A stretch of 64,000 bases of DNA, taken from IMG/VR virus record IMGVR_UViG_3300042465_006498; one strand, written 5' to 3'. The position numbers were made by a program, and so were the translations under genes. Origin of the DNA: an uncultured virus (IMG/VR IMGVR_UViG_3300042465_006498). Taxonomy: Duplodnaviria; Heunggongvirae; Uroviricota; Caudoviricetes. Within the stretch, counting starts at the first letter, position 1. Each line of letters starts with the position of its first letter. Under the pieces are notes generated by a model. That model did no database searches. It was given only the letters and a program-made list of their open reading frames with translations, and was not told the origin of the DNA. Of the stretch, positions 29,125 through 37,812 are shown in pieces.

Positions 29125-29156
29125 CAGGTACCCTTAAAACGGTACCTGTTTTTTTT
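29125..29156 (+). terminator. Rho-independent terminator ending the early cassette block
   Basis: CAGGTACC-N8-GGTACCTG followed by T8; extra hairpin CCTGGGC/GCCCAGG at 29090-29117. Confidence 0.85.
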
Positions 29157-29174
29157 AATGTTAAATATTGCACA

Positions 29175-30302
29175 ATGTTTTGTTATAGTCCTTGGTCCAA
29201 TATAGATTTTTCACCTACTGGTGCAATTACACCTTGCTGTAAATTTCAGATCAAACACTATGACAAAATACACAATATCAAGACAGACTCAATTACTGCA
29301 TATGCCAACAGTGATTTTTTAAAACAAATAAAAACTGAATTTACCAATGACCAATGGCCGATTGGCTGCGAACGATGCCAAATTGAAGAACAAAACGGTA
29401 TTGAAAGTAAGCGGCAACTTGACCACACTCGGTGGAAAGATCAATACCAAATTTATCAGTTGACTGAAAATAATTTTATTACAGCCAGCATTGCATTTGG
29501 TAATACATGTAATTTAAAATGTATCACTTGTGGACCAACGTCGTCTAGCAAATGGCACAATGAAGCCAAAGACATTTACAACATAACAATAAAACATCAT
29601 AAGTTTTTCAAAGAAGAATTTGTTACTGATTTTGTAAACAATGCCCCTGGTATTATTCATATTGACATCCCCGGCGGCGAACCCTTTCTAAGTGGAGTGC
29701 CGGAACAAAAAGCATTGTTGAACTATTATGTGTTGTCTGGGCAAGCCAGTAATATCACATTACATTATACCACCAACGCAACTGTATTTCCAGATGACGA
29801 ATGGTGGGATTTATGGACGCATTTTAAAGAAATTGATATGCAACTAAGCATAGACGGAGTTGGCAACCGTTATGAATACATTCGATTTCCTGCCAGTTGG
29901 ATTGAGGTTAATTGCCATATTGACAATTATATTAAAAAATCAAATCTCAATAATTTTAGACTCAGTGTTAGCCACACTGTCAGTGCGTATAACATTTACT
30001 ATTTGGACGAATTTTTTACTTGGTGCAACAACAAAGGACTACCGCGACCTTGGTTAGGAAGGGTGCATTCTCCGGCGCACATGAGACCTGGCGTATGGCC
30101 CGATCAAATAAAAGATAAAATAACAAATCATTTAGAAAACAGCAAACACCTTGATGTAAAAACGTGGATCAAATTGCTAAAAAACACCAACGATTCTGAT
30201 TATTTTGATTTATTCAAATCTAAATTGCACGAGCATGACGATTACAGGAAGCTAGATTTTTCAATTGTATTTCCGGAACTAGCAGAATTTGTAGCAAAAT
30301 AA
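29175..30302 (+). CDS. Radical SAM protein with N-terminal SPASM/Twitch-like domain
   Basis: CYSPW...PCC...CERC, then CNLKCITC, GGEPF, YTTN, SIDG. Confidence 0.85.
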   Translation: MFCYSPWSNIDFSPTGAITPCCKFQIKHYDKIHNIKTDSITAYANSDFLKQIKTEFTNDQWPIGCERCQIEEQNGIESKRQLDHTRWKDQYQIYQLTENNFITASIAFGNTCNLKCITCGPTSSSKWHNEAKDIYNITIKHHKFFKEEFVTDFVNNAPGIIHIDIPGGEPFLSGVPEQKALLNYYVLSGQASNITLHYTTNATVFPDDEWWDLWTHFKEIDMQLSIDGVGNRYEYIRFPASWIEVNCHIDNYIKKSNLNNFRLSVSHTVSAYNIYYLDEFFTWCNNKGLPRPWLGRVHSPAHMRPGVWPDQIKDKITNHLENSKHLDVKTWIKLLKNTNDSDYFDLFKSKLHEHDDYRKLDFSIVFPELAEFVAK

Positions 30303-30313
30303 TACCTATTGTT

Positions 30314-30342
30314 TTGACTTTGGTACTTAAATAGTGTATACT
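30314..30342 (+). promoter_or_regulatory. Sigma70-like promoter for uvsW
   Basis: TTGACT-17-TATACT; ATG 8 nt downstream; TAAATA nested in the spacer. Confidence 0.7.
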
Positions 30343-30350
30343 ACACAATA

Positions 30351-31820
30351 ATGAAACAAGCAACAATAGTGATTCGGGACGAAGTGAACATCAAAATTGA
30401 GGGCCTTGATCTTGACTGTAGGAAGAAACTGGTCAGCACATTCAAGTATGAAATCCCCGGAGCAAGATATCAGCCCGCAGTAAGACTGGGGCGGTGGGAC
30501 GGCAAAGTGGCTTACTTTCAATTGGGTGGTTCCAGCTACATCAATCTCTTGCCTGAAATTGTTCCTATTCTAGAACGATACGATTATAACATTGAACTGG
30601 ATGATCAACGTGATTATTCCACGGTGTTTGATTTTGTACAGGTAACAGAAGATTCATTTGCACACAAGACTTGGCCGGTGGGGCATCCTGCTGTGGGTCA
30701 GCCCATTCTGTTGCGTGACTATCAAGTGGAGATCGTCAACAACTACCTGCAGAATCCGCAGTGCATACAAGAAGTGGCCACAGGCGCAGGCAAAACACTT
30801 ATGACTGCTGCCTTGAGTCAAAGCGTGGAGGCATATGGTCGCAGTATCATTATTGTGCCCAACAAGAGCTTGGTAACACAAACAGAAAAAGACTATGTCA
30901 ATCTAGGCCTGGATGTGGGTGTGTATTTTGGTGATCAAAAAGACTATGACCGAACACACACCATATGCACATGGCAAAGTCTAAACAACATGATGAAAAA
31001 AACCAAGTCGGGTGAAGCTGAAGTGAGCATTCAGGACTTTATTCAAGGCGTGGTCTGTGTGATTGTGGACGAAGTACACATGGCCAAGGCAGATGCCTTA
31101 AAGACCTTGCTCACAGGTGTGATGGCTAGAGTGCCAATTCGATGGGGACTAACAGGAACTGTGCCCAAAGAAAAGTTTGAAAGCCAAAGTCTGCTGGTAA
31201 GCCTGGGTCCTGTTATCAGCAAGCTCAGTGCTAGTGAACTGCAAGATCGTGGAGTGCTGGCACAGTGCCACGTGAACATTGTGCAACTGATAGACCATGT
31301 GGAATACAGCAACTATCAAAGTGAACTAAAATACCTGCTGGAAGAGTCAGGTAGATTAGACACCATAGCTGACCTGGTGCGTCGAGTAAACGAAACTGGC
31401 AATACCTTGGTGTTGGTTGACCGCACAGAGTGTGGTAGACAACTGGTAGCACGACTGGGAGAAAAAGCTGTGTTTGTGTCCGGAGCAACAAAGGGCACAA
31501 AGAGACAAGAAGAATATGACGAAGTGGCAGATGCCACAGACAAGATCATTGTGGCCACTTACGGTGTGGCCGCTGTGGGTATTAATATCCCCCGTATTTT
31601 TAATCTGGTTCTTATTGAGCCCGGAAAGAGCTTTGTTCGAGTTATACAATCAATTGGGCGCGGCATTAGAAAAGCCGAAGACAAAGATCATGTGCAGATC
31701 TGGGACATAACCAGCACATGCAAGTTTGCCAAACGCCATTTGACCAAACGCAAAGCCTTTTATAAAGAGGCCAATTATCCGTTCTCAGCAGAAAAACTAG
31801 ACTGGATGAAAATCAAATGA
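30351..31820 (+). CDS. uvsW: SF2 DNA helicase, UvsW-like
   Basis: LRDYQ, ATGAGKT, DEVH, GLTGT, QSIGRGIR. Confidence 0.9.
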   Translation: MKQATIVIRDEVNIKIEGLDLDCRKKLVSTFKYEIPGARYQPAVRLGRWDGKVAYFQLGGSSYINLLPEIVPILERYDYNIELDDQRDYSTVFDFVQVTEDSFAHKTWPVGHPAVGQPILLRDYQVEIVNNYLQNPQCIQEVATGAGKTLMTAALSQSVEAYGRSIIIVPNKSLVTQTEKDYVNLGLDVGVYFGDQKDYDRTHTICTWQSLNNMMKKTKSGEAEVSIQDFIQGVVCVIVDEVHMAKADALKTLLTGVMARVPIRWGLTGTVPKEKFESQSLLVSLGPVISKLSASELQDRGVLAQCHVNIVQLIDHVEYSNYQSELKYLLEESGRLDTIADLVRRVNETGNTLVLVDRTECGRQLVARLGEKAVFVSGATKGTKRQEEYDEVADATDKIIVATYGVAAVGINIPRIFNLVLIEPGKSFVRVIQSIGRGIRKAEDKDHVQIWDITSTCKFAKRHLTKRKAFYKEANYPFSAEKLDWMKIK

Positions 31821-32476
31821 AACATTTGGTAAGTTATGTATCGGGGTGTGCTGGAGATTTTGTTGTGAATTGCTGTAACCATCAATGGAATCAATCAATT
31901 GGCACAAACGGGCGTGTCACACAGTCTGCATCTGTAAAATTTCAAGATAATTCTCTGATTGATTCAGATTGGTTAGAGTTGTGCAACAATTTTTCTGAAT
32001 CGTATGTTAGTACTCATTCTGTTGACAGATTGCTAAGACTTCCAGTGATACCAGTCTGGCTGGTTGTTCCCGACGCAAACAATTATGCTATATGGGCCAG
32101 GCGTGATTGTGCAACTAGACATTATAAACTATTATTAAGTCCATTTGGTGATTTTTTTCTTAAAATAAAAGAATTGGTATTAGTAGGCCAAGCAACACAT
32201 GCTGCTGAGATGTATCTTGATTGGATCACAGACTATAATTGGGCACTGATGCAAATGAGATTAGTACAAAACTCGAATAAAATAGATGTAAGTCATTTGC
32301 TTGAAAAAAATGGAATTGATAGTTTAATAGATCAAATGCCGCATCTAAAATTAGTTACAGCACAATGTAAAAAATATCATAATGAGTGGTTAACCCGTCA
32401 AGTTGATTTGTCCGAGTCTTCGGTGATTGATCTTTTATCTATTAAATTATCAAAATTTGTAAATGAAGATTCTTAA
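31817..32476 (+). CDS. Hypothetical protein (AT-rich; weak sulfotransferase/P-loop-like N-terminus)
   Basis: 219 aa; ATGA overlap; YVSGCAGDF. Confidence 0.6.
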   Translation: MKHLVSYVSGCAGDFVVNCCNHQWNQSIGTNGRVTQSASVKFQDNSLIDSDWLELCNNFSESYVSTHSVDRLLRLPVIPVWLVVPDANNYAIWARRDCATRHYKLLLSPFGDFFLKIKELVLVGQATHAAEMYLDWITDYNWALMQMRLVQNSNKIDVSHLLEKNGIDSLIDQMPHLKLVTAQCKKYHNEWLTRQVDLSESSVIDLLSIKLSKFVNEDS

Positions 32477-32489
32477 AGATCAAACCTGG

Positions 32490-32518
32490 TTGACTTTGAC
32501 CCGCAACTACTGTATTAT
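32490..32518 (+). promoter_or_regulatory. Sigma70-like promoter
   Basis: TTGACT-17-TATTAT; ATG 6 nt downstream. Confidence 0.6.
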
Positions 32519-32524
32519 TACTAC

Positions 32525-33025
32525 ATGCGAATTTTAACACTAGACAACACTTATTACAATCTCGATCACCTGCCCGAAGAAGTAGATGACATGAGATTTG
32601 CTATTTTAGACAATAGCGACCCCAAAGATCCTGACTATCATTTTATTCCCTTGATCTTTTTAGAAAGCTTTACTGCTCCTGCTCTGGTGCTGCGAATAGG
32701 TGACGCCACAATACGCATGCCCATGGACTGGCAGATCTTGATCGGTGAACCTGACGTGGGTGACCTTGAAGTACTGCCATTAACCAGCATCAATGATCGC
32801 GGCTTTAGAGTGTTTCAATTCAATCCACTCACAAGTTTTAGACCCAGCTTTCCTGACATCGAAATTGTGGATGTGTACCAAGAAGTCACGTGGTACGCAC
32901 CCAAACTCAAGAATGGTCAGATGCTGGCCGTGCCGCTGAATGACGATGCAGAACCCGACTGTGTTTACTTTGTGAAAGACGTCAGCCGCAACTGCGAGAT
33001 TGTGGACTACAACAAAGCCTGGTAA
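32525..33025 (+). CDS. Hypothetical protein in replication cluster
   Basis: 166-aa ORF with genome-typical codon style. Confidence 0.75.
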   Translation: MRILTLDNTYYNLDHLPEEVDDMRFAILDNSDPKDPDYHFIPLIFLESFTAPALVLRIGDATIRMPMDWQILIGEPDVGDLEVLPLTSINDRGFRVFQFNPLTSFRPSFPDIEIVDVYQEVTWYAPKLKNGQMLAVPLNDDAEPDCVYFVKDVSRNCEIVDYNKAW

Positions 33026-33026
33026 C

Positions 33027-33290
33027 ATGGGACAGCTCAAGCCAGACGCAACATACATTTACGAACGTGTGGGTGACACAGTGTTTAGAAGAGAGTTTGG
33101 GGCAGATCCCAACACACGTGAAGTAATGGGCTACGATTATCGCACCAGCGATGGCAGACCCTTGCACGATCATTTAATGGATTCCAAGATGTGGGGCGAG
33201 ATTCACCGAATGGCCAAAACCAATCCCACTTTACAAGATGCTATAGATCGTGTTATTATGATTTATCAACTGAGCAAAACACATGAGTGA
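33027..33290 (+). CDS. Hypothetical protein
   Basis: YIYERVGDTVFRRE; start at the ATG after the upstream stop. Confidence 0.7.
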   Translation: MGQLKPDATYIYERVGDTVFRREFGADPNTREVMGYDYRTSDGRPLHDHLMDSKMWGEIHRMAKTNPTLQDAIDRVIMIYQLSKTHE

Positions 33291-33729
33291 CAAGTTACAC
33301 ATTGGCAATGAGATGCGACAATTAGACATCAAGAACAGAGACTTCTATGATGAACTTGATTCTGATGAGCGCAAGAAATTCTCCACATTTTTAATGTTGC
33401 GCTGGGGCTCAGCAGTGGAAGGTTCTCGTGAACTGCAAGAATACTATGTGCAAAGCTGCAACCACTATCTCAACAAACACTTTTTTGACATAGGTCGTCA
33501 TCCCAAACTGCAATGGTTGTGCGCCACTGCTGTTAGTCCAGGCATGGGCACTCCTCGACACAACTGGATTGCGCCCAAAAAGAAAGAAGCAGGACTCAGT
33601 GTGAAACGCCGGGCTCTGCAGGAAATCTTCCCACTCTACAAAGACGACGAAATTGACGTCATGGCCAAAATCACCACACAAAAAGAAATTGATGATTACA
33701 ATCGTGCAGCCGGACGAGACAAAAAGTAA
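33283..33729 (+). CDS. Putative clamp-loader small subunit (gp62-like)
   Basis: FSTFLMLRWGS...N...HPKLQWL...WIAPKKK pattern, size and context. Confidence 0.45.
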   Translation: MSDKLHIGNEMRQLDIKNRDFYDELDSDERKKFSTFLMLRWGSAVEGSRELQEYYVQSCNHYLNKHFFDIGRHPKLQWLCATAVSPGMGTPRHNWIAPKKKEAGLSVKRRALQEIFPLYKDDEIDVMAKITTQKEIDDYNRAAGRDKK

Positions 33730-34399
33730 ATTCGCATGTGAATACTGCAAGAAAGAGTTTGCAAGAGAAACCTCAATTGCAGTACACATGTGCGAGCCCA
33801 AGCGCAGGCATCAAAGCCGCAATGAGGCAGGTGTTCGGTTGGGCTTTCAAAGTTACATACGTTTTTACGAAATTGCAGCAGGTTCGGCTCGCACCAAAGA
33901 TTTTGACACGTTTGTGACATCGGCCTACTACAGAGCATTTGTAAAGTTTGGTCGCTATTGTGTGGATACCCGTGTGATAAATCCCCCGCGGTTCATTGAC
34001 TGGCTGCTCAAGCACAACAAAAAAATTGACTACTGGTGTAGCGATCGTGTGTACACTGAGTACTTGATTGCACACCTGCAGACGGAAGCAGTGGATGATG
34101 CCTTGGCCCGAGCAATTGAATACAGCATGACCTGGCAAGAAAACACAGGCCATCCTGCACATGATTGCATGCGTTACGGTAATACCAATGCAGCATGCCA
34201 TGCAATAACATCGGGAAGAATAAGTCCATGGGTAATTTATAACTCAGAATCGGGACAAAAGTTTTTGAGCAGCCTGGATCCCACTCAGGTGGCCATGATC
34301 TGGAGTTATATTGACAGTGATGCCTGGCAAAAACGTTTTAGAGATCACCCTGAAGATCAAGCATATGCACAAGAAATCTTAACCAAGGCAGGATGGTAA
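33692..34399 (+). CDS. Hypothetical protein with N-terminal C2HC zinc finger
   Basis: CEYCKKEF...HMC. Confidence 0.7.
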   Translation: MITIVQPDETKSKFACEYCKKEFARETSIAVHMCEPKRRHQSRNEAGVRLGFQSYIRFYEIAAGSARTKDFDTFVTSAYYRAFVKFGRYCVDTRVINPPRFIDWLLKHNKKIDYWCSDRVYTEYLIAHLQTEAVDDALARAIEYSMTWQENTGHPAHDCMRYGNTNAACHAITSGRISPWVIYNSESGQKFLSSLDPTQVAMIWSYIDSDAWQKRFRDHPEDQAYAQEILTKAGW

Positions 34400-34400
34400 C

Positions 34401-34751
34401 ATGATTCAAGGAATAATACCCGGTACAGGGTTAGTAACCACAGGCGGCAGCTCTATGCAGCCGTATATAAGCCCAGGATCTCAGAGTGCTGGAATATTAC
34501 GGTACAATACAAGTTTAAAAAATATAGAAGTGTATGACGGTGTCAGCTGGCTAACGTTGTCCTGCAGCCATACTCAGATAAGTCTTGACGGTCCAACACA
34601 GGAAGCTGTCCAGTGGGTTCGTCGTCGAATGGAACAAGAAAAACGCCTAGAAGAGTTGGCCAGACAACATCCTGCTGTGGCCGATGCAGCAGCCGCAGTG
34701 GCACAGGCACAGGAACAACTGGACATAGTGACTGCACTGGTACAACAATGA
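34401..34751 (+). CDS. Hypothetical protein
   Basis: 116 aa; GILRYN...IEVYDG..W plus C-terminal coiled coil. Confidence 0.7.
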   Translation: MIQGIIPGTGLVTTGGSSMQPYISPGSQSAGILRYNTSLKNIEVYDGVSWLTLSCSHTQISLDGPTQEAVQWVRRRMEQEKRLEELARQHPAVADAAAAVAQAQEQLDIVTALVQQ

Positions 34752-35326
34752 GCGCAGACATTGACATTGACTTTGCTGACCGCGAACACATACTGAAATT
34801 GATTCAGCACACACCTGCACGGCAGATCACAGATGGAAGACCCAGACGTCACAATTCGGGTGTGTATGTCACTGATATTCCTTACGATCCTGTAAATCAG
34901 TGTGCAGCCATAGACTATGAGTCAGCAGAGGCTCGTGGTTACTTTAAAATTGACTTTTTGAACATGAGTGTGTATCAGTTGATTCGTGATCAAGCACATT
35001 ATGATCAATTGCTGGCGCAAGAGCCAAACTGGGCAAGATTATGGACTGATTCTGCCTGGGCCAGCCAACTGGTGCATGTGGGAAATTATACTGATTTGTT
35101 GCAACAAATGCGGCCGGACTCTATTGCAAGAATGGCAGCATTTATATCGGTTATTCGTCCGGGCAAAGCACACTTACAGGGTCAGCCCTGGGATCAAGTG
35201 TTCAAATCAGTCTGGGACGGTGACACCAGTCGGGGCTACACATTCAAGAAGAGTCACAGCCTAAGCTACGCAATGTTGGTTGCCTTGCACATGAGTTTGC
35301 TCAGTCAAGACGTCGAACCAGTGTGA
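34748..35326 (+). CDS. dnaE: Compact DNA polymerase III alpha (family C) catalytic-core ORF
   Basis: ADIDIDF, HNSGVY, FKIDFL, IRPG, FKKSHSLSYA in DnaE order within only 192 aa. Confidence 0.75.
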   Translation: MSADIDIDFADREHILKLIQHTPARQITDGRPRRHNSGVYVTDIPYDPVNQCAAIDYESAEARGYFKIDFLNMSVYQLIRDQAHYDQLLAQEPNWARLWTDSAWASQLVHVGNYTDLLQQMRPDSIARMAAFISVIRPGKAHLQGQPWDQVFKSVWDGDTSRGYTFKKSHSLSYAMLVALHMSLLSQDVEPV

Positions 35327-35678
35327 TGCTTCTGCGTTTGGTCTTTTTGCGAGCAATGTCAGACAAACTGCAAGCAGGACCGTGTAAGATTTCCAGGTCT
35401 TTGTTGACAAAAGTTCGCAATGTGCTGCGGAATTTGTCCCAGTCCCTGCGTAAAAAGATGTTGATGGGAATAGATCGATTGCTTTCCCACCACCAGGTGG
35501 ATGCAAGTTCTAGAAATCCCAGCTTGTCTTCCTGAGCCATCACAGCACCAAAATCGTAGATAGTGGTCACGTCATCATCTCTATTTTGTACCACGCCCAC
35601 ATACTCTGTATTGGCATAAACGCATAGTGTTATAAACGGATATTTTTCTGTTAGCTTTTGGAATATGTTATTGCCCAT
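35301..35678 (-). CDS. Hypothetical protein
   Basis: 125 aa; WWWESNRSIPINIFL; minus-strand TAAATA 6 nt upstream. Confidence 0.75.
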   Translation of the reverse strand: MGNNIFQKLTEKYPFITLCVYANTEYVGVVQNRDDDVTTIYDFGAVMAQEDKLGFLELASTWWWESNRSIPINIFLRRDWDKFRSTLRTFVNKDLEILHGPACSLSDIARKKTKRRSITLVRRLD

Positions 35679-35684
35679 TGCGGT

Positions 35685-35704
35685 TATTTATGGTCTGCTA
35701 AATA
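35685..35704. promoter_or_regulatory. Back-to-back TAAATA late-like promoters
   Basis: TATTTA 35685-35690 (minus) and TAAATA 35699-35704 (plus), each 5-6 nt from an ATG. Confidence 0.6.
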
Positions 35705-35709
35705 CAACA

Positions 35710-36786
35710 ATGTATTCCACAACCGTTTATCTTTATCAACAAATCACCAGAGTATTACTGGTAGACACCACGGGTGGATATTTTCAAGCGAGGTATGATC
35801 CAGTGTACGCAAAAACTTTAACAGTAAACAAAGGTGTTGACAATGTGTTGCTCTTTGAATTCATCAACCAGGATCAAAAGCCTGTAAACATCACAGGGTC
35901 TACATTTCGATTCCGACTGATGAATCAAACAGGCGATCAGCTGTTGGTGGAAAAAAACATGGACGTGCTCAGTGCCGCAACAGGGCGTGTGCGACTGGTA
36001 CTTGCCCCAGAAGATACCAATGACATTGTGGCCCAACCTGGCAGCTACAGCATAGAACGCATACAAGGCAGTTATCATCAGGCAGTGTTTACCGATGCCA
36101 ATGCAGGAGCCCGTGCGGACTGTAATGTTGTGGATTCGATATACCCTGAGTTTGTGCCCAGTCAAGAGGTTACTATACCCACTATCACTGGCAAAAATCA
36201 AACTGTGAGTGCAGCACCAACAGGTTGGCCTGATTGGGCTCTCAATCCACAACCACTCAACAGTACACAACGAACAGAGTTTTATTCCAGTCATATGACC
36301 ACCAACAGTTCCAGTCTGACCACAGTCAAAATGGACCTGGTGCATTACACAGGCACACTCAAACTACAGGCAGCACAGGACTACGAATCAGAATTCTACA
36401 ATGTGACAGAAAGTCGTGAGTATTTGGATGCTACTGAATCTGTTTATTTCAATGCTGTGGGCTATCATCCCCTGTTGAGAATTGCCCTGAACACATCGCT
36501 TGGCTACGGGGCCACAGCTCAAGCCACAGTGGTAGATGGTGTGGTCACTGCAATACTGTTGACCAATGCTGGTAATTCTTATGTGGCTCCTCCTTATGTG
36601 CAAATTCTGGGCTACGGTGCTGGTGCCACAGCAGTGGCTGCTTTGAATCCAGGCGGCGCCGGCACAGTGGCCAACGTCACTGTGACCACGGGCGGTTCAG
36701 GTTACGTGCCCATCCAGTTTGAAGGATCTACTGCAGCCACAGTGTTGTTGTCAAACGGCTTGGTTGAGAATATTCAATACCGATAA
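35710..36786 (+). CDS. Virion structural protein (tail/baseplate-like)
   Basis: Beta-rich; C-terminal GATAxAxV..GxVxxIxxTxxGxxY repeats typical of phage tail proteins. Confidence 0.6.
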   Translation: MYSTTVYLYQQITRVLLVDTTGGYFQARYDPVYAKTLTVNKGVDNVLLFEFINQDQKPVNITGSTFRFRLMNQTGDQLLVEKNMDVLSAATGRVRLVLAPEDTNDIVAQPGSYSIERIQGSYHQAVFTDANAGARADCNVVDSIYPEFVPSQEVTIPTITGKNQTVSAAPTGWPDWALNPQPLNSTQRTEFYSSHMTTNSSSLTTVKMDLVHYTGTLKLQAAQDYESEFYNVTESREYLDATESVYFNAVGYHPLLRIALNTSLGYGATAQATVVDGVVTAILLTNAGNSYVAPPYVQILGYGAGATAVAALNPGGAGTVANVTVTTGGSGYVPIQFEGSTAATVLLSNGLVENIQYR

Positions 36787-36789
36787 TCG

Positions 36790-36818
36790 TTGTTTTTGTA
36801 CACAAACTCTGTTATACT
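36790..36818 (+). promoter_or_regulatory. Sigma70-like extended -10 promoter for primase
   Basis: TTGTTT-17-TATACT with TGn; ATG 7 nt downstream. Confidence 0.55.
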
Positions 36819-36825
36819 ATAACAG

Positions 36826-37812
36826 ATGATTGACATTACACAGTACTTGCCCGGCAAAAGAAAGCAGACCCCTTCGGGCTGGATCAGCTTCAATGCTCCT
36901 TGCTGTACACAAAATGGGCAATCGGCTGATGCTCGACAACGAGGCGGATTAAAATCAACTGATCAAGGTTGGAGCTATCACTGCTTCAACTGTGGGTACA
37001 CCGCTAGCTTTATCCTTGGCCGTACACTAAGTTTCAAGGCCCGCAGGCTCTTGGGCTGGATGGGTGTGCCTGAACGTGAAATAGAATTGGTCAATCTTGA
37101 AAGCTTGCGGCATCGCAGCATCTACGGTATTGTAGAAGATAGACAACGTGTGGCCAACGTATTGCAAGACATTGATTTTGAAGAACGTGAACTGCCACCT
37201 GCGTCAGAACTGATCACTCAAGAGCATCCCAAGTACTGGGAATACTGTCGTGATAGATTTGTGCCTGAAGATTTTCCCATGATGACGCCCATACGCACTG
37301 ATGGAGTCCACTGGATCAGACCCTGCGTGATTGTGCCGTTTACACACAACAACAAGATTGTGGGATTCACTGCTAGATTTCTAGATAACAAGATTCCCAA
37401 GTATATTAATCAAACACAACCTGGATATGTGTTTGGTACTGATCTACAGCACCCAGGGTGGCAACATGTATTGGTCATGGAAGGTATATTTGATGCGCTC
37501 AGTATTGGCGGCCTTGCTGTGATGCACAACGATATTAATGATGCACAAGCAAGATTGATTCGTAGCTTGGGCAGAGAAATCACAGTAGTTCCTGACCAGG
37601 ACAACGCTGGATTAGAACTTATTGACAGAGCAATGGAACTGAACTGGGCAGTGAGCATACCCAACTGGTCTGCAGAGGTCAAAGATGTCAACGATGCCGT
37701 GAAGAAATATGGTAAGTTAGGAACACTGATAACTATCATGCAAGCTAGAGAAACATCCAAGATCAAAATTGAATTAAGAAAGAAACAACTTGTTAAAAGA
37801 CTACGGAACTGA
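36826..37812 (+). CDS. DNA primase (T4 gp61-like)
   Basis: Zn finger (PCC...HCFNC), TOPRIM EGIFDA, PDQD, KDVND. Confidence 0.85.
   Translation: MIDITQYLPGKRKQTPSGWISFNAPCCTQNGQSADARQRGGLKSTDQGWSYHCFNCGYTASFILGRTLSFKARRLLGWMGVPEREIELVNLESLRHRSIYGIVEDRQRVANVLQDIDFEERELPPASELITQEHPKYWEYCRDRFVPEDFPMMTPIRTDGVHWIRPCVIVPFTHNNKIVGFTARFLDNKIPKYINQTQPGYVFGTDLQHPGWQHVLVMEGIFDALSIGGLAVMHNDINDAQARLIRSLGREITVVPDQDNAGLELIDRAMELNWAVSIPNWSAEVKDVNDAVKKYGKLGTLITIMQARETSKIKIELRKKQLVKRLRN

Noticed and set aside
32525..33025. Hint/intein-like domain
   Set aside because: Only a vague beta-rich resemblance; no N-terminal Cys/Ser, TxxH or terminal HN.
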